Shown in pieces: positions 11,823 to 27,798 of a stretch of 64,000 nt of DNA. The number at the start of each line of letters is the position of its first letter. Position 1 is the stretch's first letter. This DNA is from Paraspadella gotoi. Its lineage: Eukaryota; Animalia; Chaetognatha. The notes beneath the pieces were generated by a model that ran no database searches, was not told where the DNA came from, and saw only the letters and a list, made by a program, of their open reading frames with translations. A program made the position numbers and the translations under genes. The stretch covers positions 15,263,918-15,327,917 of the forward strand of contig CM119269.1 in NCBI GenBank assembly GCA_051294375.1. The letters run 5' to 3'.

Positions 11823-11961
11823 CAGTACCATTACAACCAACGGAATCAGAATGCGGTATAACGGGCCCTGCCAAAGCTGTTTCGTCATAATCCAACTCGT
11901 TAGAATCGGAGCCGAGTAAGGGTTCTCTCTCCGAAACGCTTGCCGGAAGGTTAATATTCAT
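11823..11961 (-). CDS. Probable first coding exon (MNINLPASVSEREPLLGSDSNELDYDETALAGPVIPHSDSVGCNGT-G), likely of the MAP7-like gene
   Basis: ATG at 11961 and a strong donor G|gtgagt at 11822. The 139-nt exon ends in phase 1, compatible with the phase-1 acceptor of exon 5766-5998. A CpG-rich region lies just upstream (12050-12500). Linkage to the MAP7-like gene is inferred from phase only. Confidence 0.5.
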
Positions 11962-12049
11962 GGTGTTGAATTGAAGAAGATTTTAGACTTGATATGTTAA
12001 CGACAGGGTTTAGCTGAAGTAATCGTTTTTCCTTCCCAGCGGCGCCTTT

Positions 12050-12500
12050 TTTTCCTTCTTTTCATTCCGAGTGAGAAGAAAAGCACTCGACGAGCGAAAA
12101 CGAGGAAATTATTCCGTATTTTGTATTTCACTGTCGCCGCAAAAAGGCGACGTTGCACATTTCTGTCTTACAGACGTCCCGGAGCATTTATCCACGGGCC
12201 ACACGGTCGTAGTAACGTCGATCTCGATCGTGATTCGCGTAAAACGGAAGGCGCGCTGACGTCGCGAAGTTATCGCTCCAGTAAAATTTACAAACAACCG
12301 GCTTCGCTGCCAAAAGAGTCAACAAAGAGTCGTCCTTAAATTCTTCGAGTTCGTTCTCCGAGGAGAAAAAGGCGACGAGTTGAAAGAGGATCTTCTCTCT
12401 CCTCGTTTAATTTGAATGGGATAACGACATTCAGCGTTCCCTCCCTCCCTCAGACGAGAGGAAGGAGAGATCAAGAGCAAAGGCAATTGAGAAAAACATC
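12050..12500 (-). promoter_or_regulatory. CpG-rich putative promoter / 5' UTR region of the minus-strand gene
   Basis: Non-coding, CpG-dense segment immediately upstream of the ATG exon at 11961; contains a CRE-like TGACGTCG (~12257). Confidence 0.35.
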
Positions 12501-13189
12501 CATGGTGGGTTTGACCCTTATGTAATGGGAAGGGATTTGAGAGATCAAAATGGTCTCCTCTATTAGGACCAAAAAATCGCAAGATCTCGTAAGTCGTAAC
12601 CCATATTTAAGTCATGTGACAAAAAACTTGGTACATTGTTCAGAATAATATAATAATGTATTAAATGATATTTATTATAAATATATAATATTACATATCA
12701 TTTATCATCGAACTACTTAAAAATGCATATAATTTGCCTATAGTCAAGAATTCCTAAAACTATGGAATAAAGACAAAATTTTGATGCAGTGCATGTCCTA
12801 AATACACGGGCAAAGAAAGTTTTTTTAGTCATGTCATGCTATGTCATATGTGATCAAAGGGAAATACACATGAATATTAAGTCACTGCAACACATTGGTG
12901 TTTGTATGTGGGAATTAAATTTTTATAACTCCACAAATTTTATTAAATACCCAAAAAAATTTAAGAAATTCGCCATTACCAAAATGAACGCTGTGTCAAA
13001 ATGGTGACGTGAATTATAAAGTACCGGAAAGATGAGTACATACAGTTTACTGTGGCATCTCCATTATCATGTTTATTGTTTTGCTGTATTGCTTTAATGT
13101 CATCACATGCACTAGTAGAATGCTTAATTAAATACTTATTTTCACTATGGAGTAACAGTGCATAAGAAACAAAAAAATTTCAATTTTTT

Positions 13190-13230
13190 GCCATATATTT
13201 CGACTAAATTTTTAAGTCATCATCAGTGGT
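13190..13230 (-). ncRNA. Minimal hammerhead ribozyme, inverted copy
   Basis: The minus strand reads ACCA-CTGATGA-T-GACTTAAAAATTTAGTC-GAAA-TATA-TGGC. Confidence 0.7.
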
Positions 13231-13314
13231 TAAAAGAGACTAAACAAGAAAAGGTAATAAATTTCAAAAATTAAAAAGGTTAACAATTGAGAGAAAGAGA
13301 GAGAGTCTCTTTTA

Positions 13315-13355
13315 GCCACTGATGATGACTTAAAAATTAAGTCGAAATATATGGC
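13315..13355 (+). ncRNA. Minimal type I hammerhead ribozyme (Penelope/retrozyme type)
   Basis: GCCA-CTGATGA-T-GACTTAA(AAA)TTAAGTC-GAAA-TATA-TGGC: intact CUGAUGA/GAAA core, 7-bp stem II, stem I GCCA/TGGC and a minimal palindromic stem III. Confidence 0.75.
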
Positions 13356-13749
13356 AAAAAATTGAAATTTTTTTTGTTTCTTAAGCACTGTTACTCCAGA
13401 GTAAAAATAAGTATTTACTATTTATTTGTATTTTCATTGACACAATGCGCAGTTCAAATGAGGGGTGATTTTTGTTGTGACAATATTTTAAATAATTTGG
13501 ATGATATTAAATTTGTAGTTGTCCTGCTTTTGGTAAAAGGAAATGATGGACCTGATGGTGAATGTTACAGTATAGTAGGCCACATTGTTTAGTGTCCTTG
13601 TGAGATTTTTAACGATTGGGAATGATTGACGATGATGATTGATGATAGTTGATTTCAGAGGTGACGTCACAAAGAATGATTTTAAAAATTTTTGTTTCCA
13701 TGGACTATTACCTTCAGAAAACTGATAAACGCAGCAAATTTAATATGCT

Positions 13750-14075
13750 ATGATTCAGCATATGATGTTAGATGCACAAAATACTTTTTACTGCCAAAAA
13801 TATTTTCCAACTGACTTAATTGAATATACATTTCAAATATAATTAGCTCTGTCAAACCAGCTGCATATCCGTAACAATTTTTCAATTAAAACTCAACAAA
13901 TACTCTCAAAGTATTTCTGACATTTGCTTTGAGTGCAGATGAAATGTAAAATGAACGTTTGATTTTTAAAACTAAGAACTTCTGGATCCAACGAGTACAA
14001 AAAATAAATTTTATATAAGCATACAAATCCACTGTTCATTTGTAAAGTGACAGTACGCTTGAGACACTGTATTTT
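13750..14075 (-). pseudogene. Highly degraded hAT-like transposase relic
   Basis: With frameshifts and stops, the minus strand gives, in the expected order, SVx-HFTNEQW, HSKQMSEIL*EYLLSF, IVTD-AAGL and FCASNII. These resemble the hAT motifs TxHFIDxxW, HTxxxI, VTDNAxN and CxxH. Confidence 0.4.
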
Positions 14076-17000
14076 AATGTAGATATCATTCTTTTAAACC
14101 GATTAAGGAATCAGCGCGTTAAGAGTATTGCCTACACTCCAAACATTAACCAGTAACAGGACTGGTTATATATAAAAAAATGGCAAGATCGAAATGGACA
14201 ACAGTAAAAACTGGCTCACAGTCAATTGATGATGGTTAATGAATGGATAGTAATATGGATAATGAATAATTAATGATGGTAAAAAACATTTATAGGATTA
14301 GGAAGAAAAAAGTGACATATTCTCCTAATCTATTAGAACTTTAGTAAAAACAAAAAAGCCAGAAGTTTAAAGTTAAAGTAAAGACCTAAAAAACATTTAC
14401 TGCGCAAAAATTTAGATAAAAAACAAAAACAGAAAAATCGAAATACGTCAAATGCTAATCTTCCTTCAGCTAAATGAAAGAATTTCTATTCTCATTAACA
14501 TACAAAAGAATTTAAGACATAAGAAAGCCGTCTTTTCTCTCTCTTGATCGATTCAAGGTTAACATTGGAAAATCCCAACATTCGCCTAACGAGGGTCCAT
14601 CATTATGCAGCAGTCAAGGGCGACTAAAGTTCCAGACTCAAGGCTGATTACGAAATCTCTCAAATGCTTAGTTAAAAATTTTGTATAATAATTTAAAAGC
14701 ACTTTGAAGTTCTTTTAAAGATTTAGCAGCTACAAGAATGATGGAAAAATTTTACCAAAAAAAAACTTTAAAAAAAAAAACAAACAAAAAAAACAGGTTG
14801 GTATAAAGTATTCAGAAAGAAAGCGCCAGTTAAAATTGTTTCTGCGGTAAAGTTGAGTTTTCTACAACGCAATAAAACTTTGATGTCGCTCATGAAAGAG
14901 CGCCAAAAAATAACTTTGGGGACAGCACCAAAGTCCAAATGTTTTCGATAAACTTAATGATATGATAATAAAAAGGAAAAAGCTGTTCCTTTAATGTTGA
15001 GAATAAACAGAGTTTTATGGAATAATGTTAACCTTTCTTTTGAAATAAAATATGGGTACGACTACGAGCACGGCAATGACGCGCGCAAAGACGCGTAAAG
15101 GCAGAGTCACGTAAAACGCAGAGGTGTCATTTTCAAGCTTCACGTCTCATTTTCTCCGTGAAAAAAAAATCCCCCCCGCGCGTCCTCGAGGTCTTCTAAT
15201 ACAAGTCTATGGTGGTGCTGGTTACGAGGGGAAGACGAGGAAAGCGAGGAAGATGAGAGAGAAAAAGAGGAGGAGGAGTGACGGAGAAAAGAGAAAGGAG
15301 CAGGAAGAGTAATTGTTTGGGTATACTCTGTTCTACCGACGTTAGCCCCAAGGAAGAGGGGAGAGGCGGTGTATCTTTCTGCCGTGGGGGAGAGAGAATG
15401 GGAATTTTTTCCATTTTTCACATTCACGCGCTTTTATTTTTATTTTCAACGAAAGGGCGAGGATGCAAAGGAGACGATGGTGCAAAGGCTCGTTTAAACA
15501 ACACAAAACGACTTCCGATTCGTTTCAGCTTCGGATTCCAACGGATTCCAACGAAAAAAAAAAGCCAAACTCCCGTCCAGTTTTTACCAGAGGGAGAATA
15601 ACAATGTTTCTGTATTCTACTACACATGACTATGCCATGAGTATGAATGAATGATTATGGAAAAGAAATATAATGACGTTATGAATTTCAGGGTTTAACC
15701 AGACTTTTATTCGCGAAATACAAATTATGGTGACATTCATTGCAGTCTAAATTCCCACTAATGAGATGATATTTGTTCCGATGAAAAAAAAAGGTTCTCT
15801 GCTGGCAACTTCAAAGAAAACAACTTTTTATGAAACGATTTTTCAAAATAAAGTTGAATACTTAGAAAATGGTTCAATTGTCTCGGGTCACAATATCAAT
15901 ATCACAATATCCGCAATATCCAACAATTTACCATTTATGATAGACTTAATTATGAAAAAAATTTAAGTTGGCAGGAAAAGTTAGTCTTTTCCAATAAATT
16001 TGGTCCCAGAATATATTTACGGTAGGGAAATAAAAAAAGCAAGATTCGAACGGAGTAATTAGCAAGAGTGAATTCATCAATTACGATTCAATATAAATAT
16101 ATTCCAAAAAGGGCAAGTGACAAATGAAAAAAAAGGTTAATATTACTATTTGATATTAACATTACTTTAACACTTCAATTTGTTTTTAAATACCTAAATG
16201 ATTGGCAAATGGCATATTTACAGATTGATTCCTTTTGCAATTGCATAGGGAATCGCATACTTTGTGCAAGTAAGGAGGTACATTGAACTCTTCTTTGAAT
16301 TGATGATGGTAATAAATATCAACAAATTTCTTTTCTTAAGCTAAGGGCGCACCTCCTTTTTATATTTTAAATTATAAGTTTTTCTACAAAGAATGGGTTG
16401 CTTCATTATGCAGAAGATAGATACGAAACGCAGCTTTACATGAGGATAACGAGCGGGAAAATAACCAACGCGGTCTTTTTCCGAGTGCAATGAACAAAGT
16501 ACAATAAAGTTTCATAAATTTAAATTATAATATAAAACGTCTACAAAGACAATAGATTCGTGCGGTCGCGCCTGCCTGACTGCATGCCCTCAAACACCAA
16601 AATCTCGCAGGAGGCGACGCCGGAGAGTGAGTGAGTCATTGTTCAACGCGTTCGTCGCCCATCAGCAGCCACTAAACCATGTTATTAACCAAAGGCACGT
16701 TACGAGATTTTGCTTTCGAACCGAGTAAGCGACGCCAACGAGCAATCATACGAAAATCGGTTTATTTATGATTTGTTTCTCTTATTCCTCTTAACTGTTC
16801 AAAAACCAATTAAGTTGCAACAAGCTCTAAAACCATTAAACATTTTTTTTGTTCGTAAGAGATGAATGACTGTCATTTGAGCTTTCATTTCAGATAACAT
16901 GAAAAAAAGGGCCCCCATCAATTTTGAGAACGAAATGATAAAAACCAAAAAACAGAAAAACAATCAGCATCGTAAAGATAAAGGTTACTTACCAGTCACG

Positions 17001-18327
17001 CCGATCTTAGCAAGAGTTGAAATCTTTGCGCGCAATCATTTTATGCTTTGAAACCGAAAATCACAAAGTTATACGTAGACGATATTCTTGGTCTTGAGAA
17101 AAGCCAAAATCTGAAGTGCCGATATGAAGGTCGAATGGAGTCACCTGCTCGTCTTCGAATGTTCAACGCGATTATCGCTCGCGGGCAGACGCGCACGTGG
17201 TTTTTAACTAAGTTCAGCTCCTCCCTTTTTATCATAGAAATGAAGGAGCTCCTTCCAACAGGGAGCAAAATATGTTACACAACCACAAAAAGAGGCCGCA
17301 AGGTCACGCAATTCTCAATGAATTACATAACAATCCAGTTTGGGTGAATCTTTACAAAAAGATTTTTCGTGTTTGTTTTTTTCTCGCAAAATCTCATACA
17401 ATGAATCACGAAGCCTGCCGAAAAAAAACTTTTCCGTTTCAATCGGCAAAAAAACTGAGATAAAGGCAGCTTCCGGGACGGTTGAATCTGATCTGAAGCT
17501 TCGTTGGTTAACTTTCAATGGAGTCAAGTACAAATGATAAGTTCGTAATTTATCAACCAGATTTGAGAAACTGACTTTATCGTTTGCATTATCCTACAAG
17601 TGGTTGGAAGTCGCTTGTGAGATTCGTGTAAAAACGGTTTTGGCCTATATATCGTGTCAATAAACCATTCGTAATTTCCTGTAGCTCCTATGTTAAGGAT
17701 TAACGAGATGCAGTTAACTCAAAATTAAGGTTCGACGAAGTAAATAAATCTTGTTACAAGACTGGGATCAAACGCCTGAAGATCAGTCAGCGAGAGAACT
17801 CAATAGGGGAGGAGAAGGAAAGTCGATCAAAGGACATAAACAGAGGTTTTTTTAAGAGTATCGTTTCGTAGACCGTAACAGAACAGAGAAATGATCATTC
17901 ATTGCTGCCTTAATTTAAACACGCTACCAAGGATTTGTTTAATCACTTGAGGAAAATCAGACTTAATGAAATGGGTATTTACGGAAGAAGCTCTAAACTA
18001 AAGTTTAAAATTTAAACCGGTAAATAAACCGGAGAAAAACTAATTATTATAAAATAATTATTAAAATGAAAGAGTGATTGTGAACCAAATTATATTATTA
18101 ATCAAAAATTACACTCCGCATAGAACTTTTTAATTGTTGATGGCATAGTATAGTCTATGTAATAGAGATCGAAAAAATATATGTTTCACAAAAAGGCATT
18201 CCTGGAGATTATCAATGGGAAAAAAAAGTTTATATTAATGAATTAATATAAAAAAAACAAAATAGAACGGAGGATAATTTTTTGTAAAAAAATATTAGAG
18301 GCAAAATTTTAAACGATTTATTTGTGT

Positions 18328-18370
18328 TTATAACATGTTTCGGCTTTATTTGCAAGCCTTCCTCAGCGTC
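18328..18370 (-). ncRNA. Degenerate hammerhead motif, same family as 7524-7568
   Basis: The minus strand reads CTGAGGA-A-GGCTT(GCAAATA)AAGCC-GAAA-CATG-TT. Stem I is decayed. Confidence 0.45.
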
Positions 18371-18892
18371 AATTTGGTTTGTGAAAATTAGGATTACAAT
18401 ACAATAAAAAAATATTAAAAGAATTCAGATATAATTTTTTTCAATATCTGTTAATGTTATTATATATGCGATTTTATTCGAATACAACGAGGTTGATTCA
18501 GTACAATCATCATCAATCATCATCATATTGCACAACGGCGCAAAAAAAAAGTAGCCACTTGTTTCACACCGAAAAAAAATATATTGGATGGCTGAATTGT
18601 ACAAAAATATAAAAACATAAAACAAAGCTTATTGAAAGCTTAAGCAATTGGTCCAAGTCCTATTAAAATCGAGCAGAGCGTTCGAAAATTATAGGATATC
18701 AAAGTTGATTGATACAAAAGATCTGATGAAAAAGAATTAATTTTAATCAAGAACTTCCCCTATTATTAAATATTTATATTATGATATTAGCTGAATAAAT
18801 TCAGCATCAAATATCTGTAGGGATAGGTGTCAAACATTTTTAACCTAAATAAAATTAAAATAAATAAGAAAACTGTATGGGAAAAACATTTT

Positions 18893-18970
18893 TTTGGGTT
18901 GGGAGGCGAATGACTTGCCTCCTGCACCAATGGCCGCCGATGAACGGTTAGTAGATTTTAATCTACCATA
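18893..18970 (-). mobile_element. Truncated copy of SINE-like family A
   Basis: Near-identical to 9553-9630. Confidence 0.65.
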
Positions 18971-18990
18971 AAGTATAAATTAACTAAAAA

Positions 18991-19202
18991 GGCTAAATTT
19001 TACTTTCGCCGACCGTGGTTATGGCAGCTTTTAAAATAACATTTAAAAATATTTATTTTTTTAAAAAAAAGTAAAAAAAATTTTACCTAATTACTCTAAC
19101 CCTAAACCTTTTAAACCTTAACCACCCCTAACCCTAAACCACCCCTAAATCATCTTAACCCTAACTACTCCTTAACCCGGTCGGTGAAAATAAAAGTAAC
19201 CC
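18991..19202. mobile_element. Second copy of the MITE with internal CCCTAA-like repeats
   Basis: Termini GGCTAAATTTTACTTTCGCCGACCG and CGGTCGGTGAAAATAAAAGTAACCC; the interior has degenerate CCCTAA units. Confidence 0.7.
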
Positions 19203-19219
19203 ACTAAAAAAATAAATTC

Positions 19220-20000
19220 GGGTTAAAAATGGGTTAAGGGTAAATTAGGGGTAAGTTAACGTTAGGGGTAAGTTATCGTTAGGGGTAAGTTAAGTTAAGG
19301 GGTAAGTTAACGTTAGGGGTAAGTTAACGTTAGGGTAAGTTAACGTTAGGGTAAGTTAACGTTAGGGGTAAGTTAACGTTAGGGGTAAAGTTTAAGCGTT
19401 AGGGTAAGTTAAAACGTTGGGGGTAAGTTACGTTAGGGGTAAGTTAACGTTAGGGGTAAGTTAAGAGGCGTTAAGGGGTAAGTTAACGTTAGGGGTAAGT
19501 TAACGTTAGGGGTAAGTTAACGTTAGGGGTAAGTTAACGTTGGGTAAGTTAACGTTAGGGGGAAGTTAACGTTAGGGGTAAGTTAACGTTAGGGGTAAGT
19601 TACGTTAGGGGTAAGTTAACGTTAGGGGTAAGTTAACGTTAGGGGTAAGTTAAGGGTTAGGGGTAAGTTAACGTTAGGGGTAAGTTAGGGTTAGGGGTAA
19701 GTTAAGGTTAGGGGTAATTTAGGGTTAGGGTAAGTTAGGTTAGGGGTAAGTAGGGAGGGTAGTTAGGTTAGGGGTAAGTTAGGGTTAGGGGTAAGTTAGG
19801 TTAGGGTAAGTAGGTGTTGGGGTAAGTTAGGGTTAGGGTCTAGGGGTAAGTTAGGGTTAGGGGTACAGTTTAGGGTTGGGGTAAGTTAGGGTTAGGGGTA
19901 ATTAGGGTTTAGGGTAAGTTAGGGTTAGGGGTAAGTTGGTAGGTAATTAGGTAGGTAAGTTAGGGTTAGGGGTAAGTTAGGGTTAGGGGTAAGTTAGGGG
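19220..20000 (+). repeat. Telomere-like 17-bp tandem array (GTTAGGGGTAAGTTAAC)n changing to (GTTAGGGGTAAGTTAGG)n
   Basis: Directly visible, roughly 45 units with scattered indels. The unit switch is near 19650. Confidence 0.9.
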
Positions 20001-20182
20001 AAATTAATTTAAAATTAAATTTCAGCTTAAGTATATAACAAATTAAGATTTCAAAATATATTTTAATATTAAAATATTTTTTTCAAAATATATTTTAAGA
20101 AATTATAAGGATTTAAAAAAAATCATTACAATAAAAAAATATAATAATAATAATATTTACAAAATAACAGAATTTTTATTTA

Positions 20183-20364
20183 TGATTACAACGATCATTT
20201 AATAATTCGAAAAGAGAAAGAAAGGATATCAAGGTTAAAATTACCCCTCTCTCTCTTTCACTCAAAGTTATTATCCAAACTTGGATAGAAAAAGACAGAG
20301 ATGCAATTTTAACCTTGATATCCTTTCTCTCTCTCTCCGAATTATTAAATGATCGTTGCAATCA
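20183..20364. repeat. Inverted repeat / MITE-like hairpin, ~60-bp arms
   Basis: 20183-20242 is a near-perfect reverse complement of 20305-20364. Confidence 0.8.
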
Positions 20365-22072
20365 CATACAAAAACTCTGTTACTTTGTAAATATTTATCA
20401 AAAACAATATAAAAAAAATTATAAATACTAATATTTAAAAAACAAAAGAAATCCTCCACCCGTGAAGCTTATCAACGTTTTTAATATCATTGTTGTTACG
20501 GTTTTAAATTTTCTTTTCCGTAAAAAAACGAACTTTATTTTTTCATCTTCTTTCTCTTCGTTTTCCCATAAGCTTACAGAGCGTATTCAACTACGGGATC
20601 GCCCTAAAATCCACCTATTTAGTATTTTAACGGATACAATATAAAAAAAATGGTTATTCATACTCCGTTGCGGTCAAGGCCATGCGGCCCAAATTAAGAA
20701 CCAAAATATTAAAATCACCCGTGCGGTACTCACCATGCCCCTGACTTGATGAAACGGAGTTTGCGTCCGACATGATTGCGCTTTCGTTTTGCCTATAAAT
20801 CGCGTTATTTATTTACATATCCATTCCACCGAGCCCGTAGGAGTGGGAAACGAATGAAGGTGGAGGCGGTCGTGGCAGAAGCCCACGATAACAACATATG
20901 TTCCGAACAGTTCCTTCCTCTTTCGGCAGATGTCGCTAAAAGTAGGAGAAACTAATGCCAACAAAAGAGTAAACGTCGGAACGGATAAATTTGATTGATT
21001 GATTGGTTGATAAACTATAAACTTTAAAATCGAATAATTAAGGGTATATGTAGGTTTGAATATGATTTGGGCATTTAATTTCTCTACAACATAATAATTA
21101 GTTTTGTTTTTGTCAAAAGTGGCTAGATATAAAAATAGGTATATTATTTTAAATTATGATTACTCGAAAATTAAGTTATTTTGTATTGGTTTTTAAATTC
21201 CATTTTTATATCGATTATCATTTTAACTAGCACATTATACATGGTTTGGTTTCTATATATCAATATTATAATAATGATATATGCTTAATGGGACGTAAAA
21301 ATTTTCATTTTGACCCTTATTAAATATAAATAAACATTTGACATAATTTTGTCGGAGTTATTCAAATCTTATTTTGAAATAAAATCCTGACTAGAAATTT
21401 AAAAAATAACTCGGACTGAGCAACTTTATTAGCTTTTAGAGGCGGCCATAGGACGCGATCGAAAATCATGACGTCGCTAGATAATTTCCAAATTCGTTTC
21501 GGTCATTTAAAATAGGAATTAACGTTTTCGCCCAACGATTTGGGTAAAATAACGAGGAAAAAACGTTAGGGAAAAAATTCGGCACAGAAAAGTGCTCTTT
21601 TGTTATGCAACGGTTAAACCACATCTCTGTAGATGCGTCCGGACTGGGAATAAAAGCTTGTTTTGCTTTGCCCTTAAGTAGGTTTACCAATTCCATTTTT
21701 GAACAATAATACTTAATTTACCATCTAGGATATTTCTCTTCTCAAGGTGAAGGTAGGACTACTAAGATGAAAACTTAAATCCGTCTTTGTCGACCATGAA
21801 GTTTCTATCTTTTATGTGAACGACAATCTTGACTCAAACATAAAAGCTACTTAGTGAAAAAGTTTTTTCTCTGGCTGATATGTCGATCGTCGCTGTTTTA
21901 ATGAAATTATGGGCCGCATCACCGGGATAATGCTTAGCATCTGGGTTCTTTAATAGGCAGGGCGGACTAAATGTTTAAATCAAGAATGCTAAAATACTGC
22001 AATGAACCGAAATACACAATAAATTGTACAAAATCAAGCCTCAAAAAATGTAATTTAATTAAAGGCTAAACA

Positions 22073-26043
<3,971 letters not shown>

Positions 26044-27684
26044 GAGGATAAAAATACCAGAGAGGGTTTTTTTGATTTAGCTTGAAATTTTGAAGCATTA
26101 TAGTCATTGTAGGAGTCCAGCCGTTTAAATAACGATGAAAGGAAAAAGCTATGCTTTTTTCTTACACCTCGCCACCAGAGAGCCCTTTAGAAATTTTTTT
26201 TTTAAACTTTTAATTTTTAGCTTCTTATTAGAGGTTTAAGTTGAAAACTTACCAAAGTATATAATATTACTATCTTGTTTTTACAATCCTCAATGAAATT
26301 GAAAACTTAACAGGTTTAAATGTGTCAAGCAAAAAAATTGTTTCAGTTTTAAAAAAAAAGTTACGAGAAATTATTCTTCATTAGCTAATCTGTTTGAGTA
26401 TAACAAGTGAAGCTTATCTTTAAAATGTATTTTGCCGCATCGAAGTTGACTGATTGTGTCGAATAGTGGGTTAGGTTAAAAAATTAGATGATATGTTAAT
26501 TTGTGACAGAGATGTAAACTTAATTTACTTTAACAAACATCGAATGCCCCTGAAATTTCTAAAAAACACGAATCAAGATTTTAAATCCTTCTGAAAATTA
26601 TTATAAAAATTTAACTAATTCTTCTCCCCGTTTTAAGTTGTAAGAACGACCAAGAAGAGGCAAGGGGAGGGGATTAAAATAAATGTAAATTTATAATCTA
26701 AATTCCAGTTATGACCTTGATGATGATAGCAAATTCTGTCCGAACTGGGAAGCACAGTTTTTGAACTCGCTTCGCAACTACTCTTTAATAGACACAATTT
26801 TATTAAAGATCACTCAAAATATACAGGTGAACTCGAGAAAAAACTAAAGCGCAATTAGTCATCTGCAATGTTTACATCAAATTCAGCTGTGCAATTAGTT
26901 AAACGTTGGCACAGTTATGCAACTCCTGCATAATATTGATTGTTGAAATAAAACTGTTGAAAATATAGAAACTGTTCTTATTCGTTTTCCTGAAATGAGA
27001 CTCAAATTTTTAAAGAAGGACCGTTTTAAACTGAATTCTTGTAACTTTGTTGAGATAGTATATAATCGGACTCTTGACAAAATCATCAGTTCATAGAATT
27101 CTCGAGAAAAAATATGTTAACTAACTTAATAGAGTAGTTTAGAAATTATGAAATTTAAGACTGCGTGAATGAGTGGATAGTTTGTGAAGTTTTAACTACC
27201 CCTATTAAGAGGCGGATTGCTTTATTGCGTGACTGCTTATGCTATAGTAATTGAAGATTTGACATAAGCTAGTTATTATTTTTATGATTATTAACTTAGT
27301 CTAGTAAATGTGCAAAAAAAATGTTCCCCCCCAAAAAAAATCGAGCAGTTCTTTTTTTTTTTCATTAACACAAGTTCTTTTCCTCAGCTGGGTTGCGAAA
27401 ATCTCCATTGGTGGTTTTTCCTCATCTCTTAATTTGGCTACGACGAAAGTAAACACCATTTATCCATTCATAAATTCACTGAGTTATTACATTTAAAAAC
27501 TGGATCTTAAATACAAATGCAATTCTGATTTATCTCTTTGCCTCTATTTTGCATAGTTAACTTTTTTTTGCTAGTTCATAACTATTTAAATTTAGATTAA
27601 TACTGACAATGCCTTCATATAAAAATGTCAAATTTACAAGATTACAAATAGTGAACGAAACAATTCATAATGCGTACGACCAGC

Positions 27685-27798
<114 letters not shown>

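Larger units (their letters stand above)
13130..13416. mobile_element. Inverted repeat (~112-bp arms) carrying hammerheads; Penelope-like pLTR remnant
   Basis: Arms 13130-13241 and 13304-13416 are near-identical reverse complements around a ~62-bp purine-rich spacer. Confidence 0.7.

Noticed and set aside
11635-11961. 108-aa ORF as an endogenous densovirus capsid/PLA2 fragment or standalone gene
   Set aside because: No PLA2 catalytic motif. The ORF has a strong splice donor at 11822 and its distal part runs through intron and a SINE copy.
16990-17350. ORFs and splice-like signals in a CpG-rich block
   Set aside because: No consistent spliced reading frame or recognisable protein; it may be UTR or regulatory, but that is unsupported.
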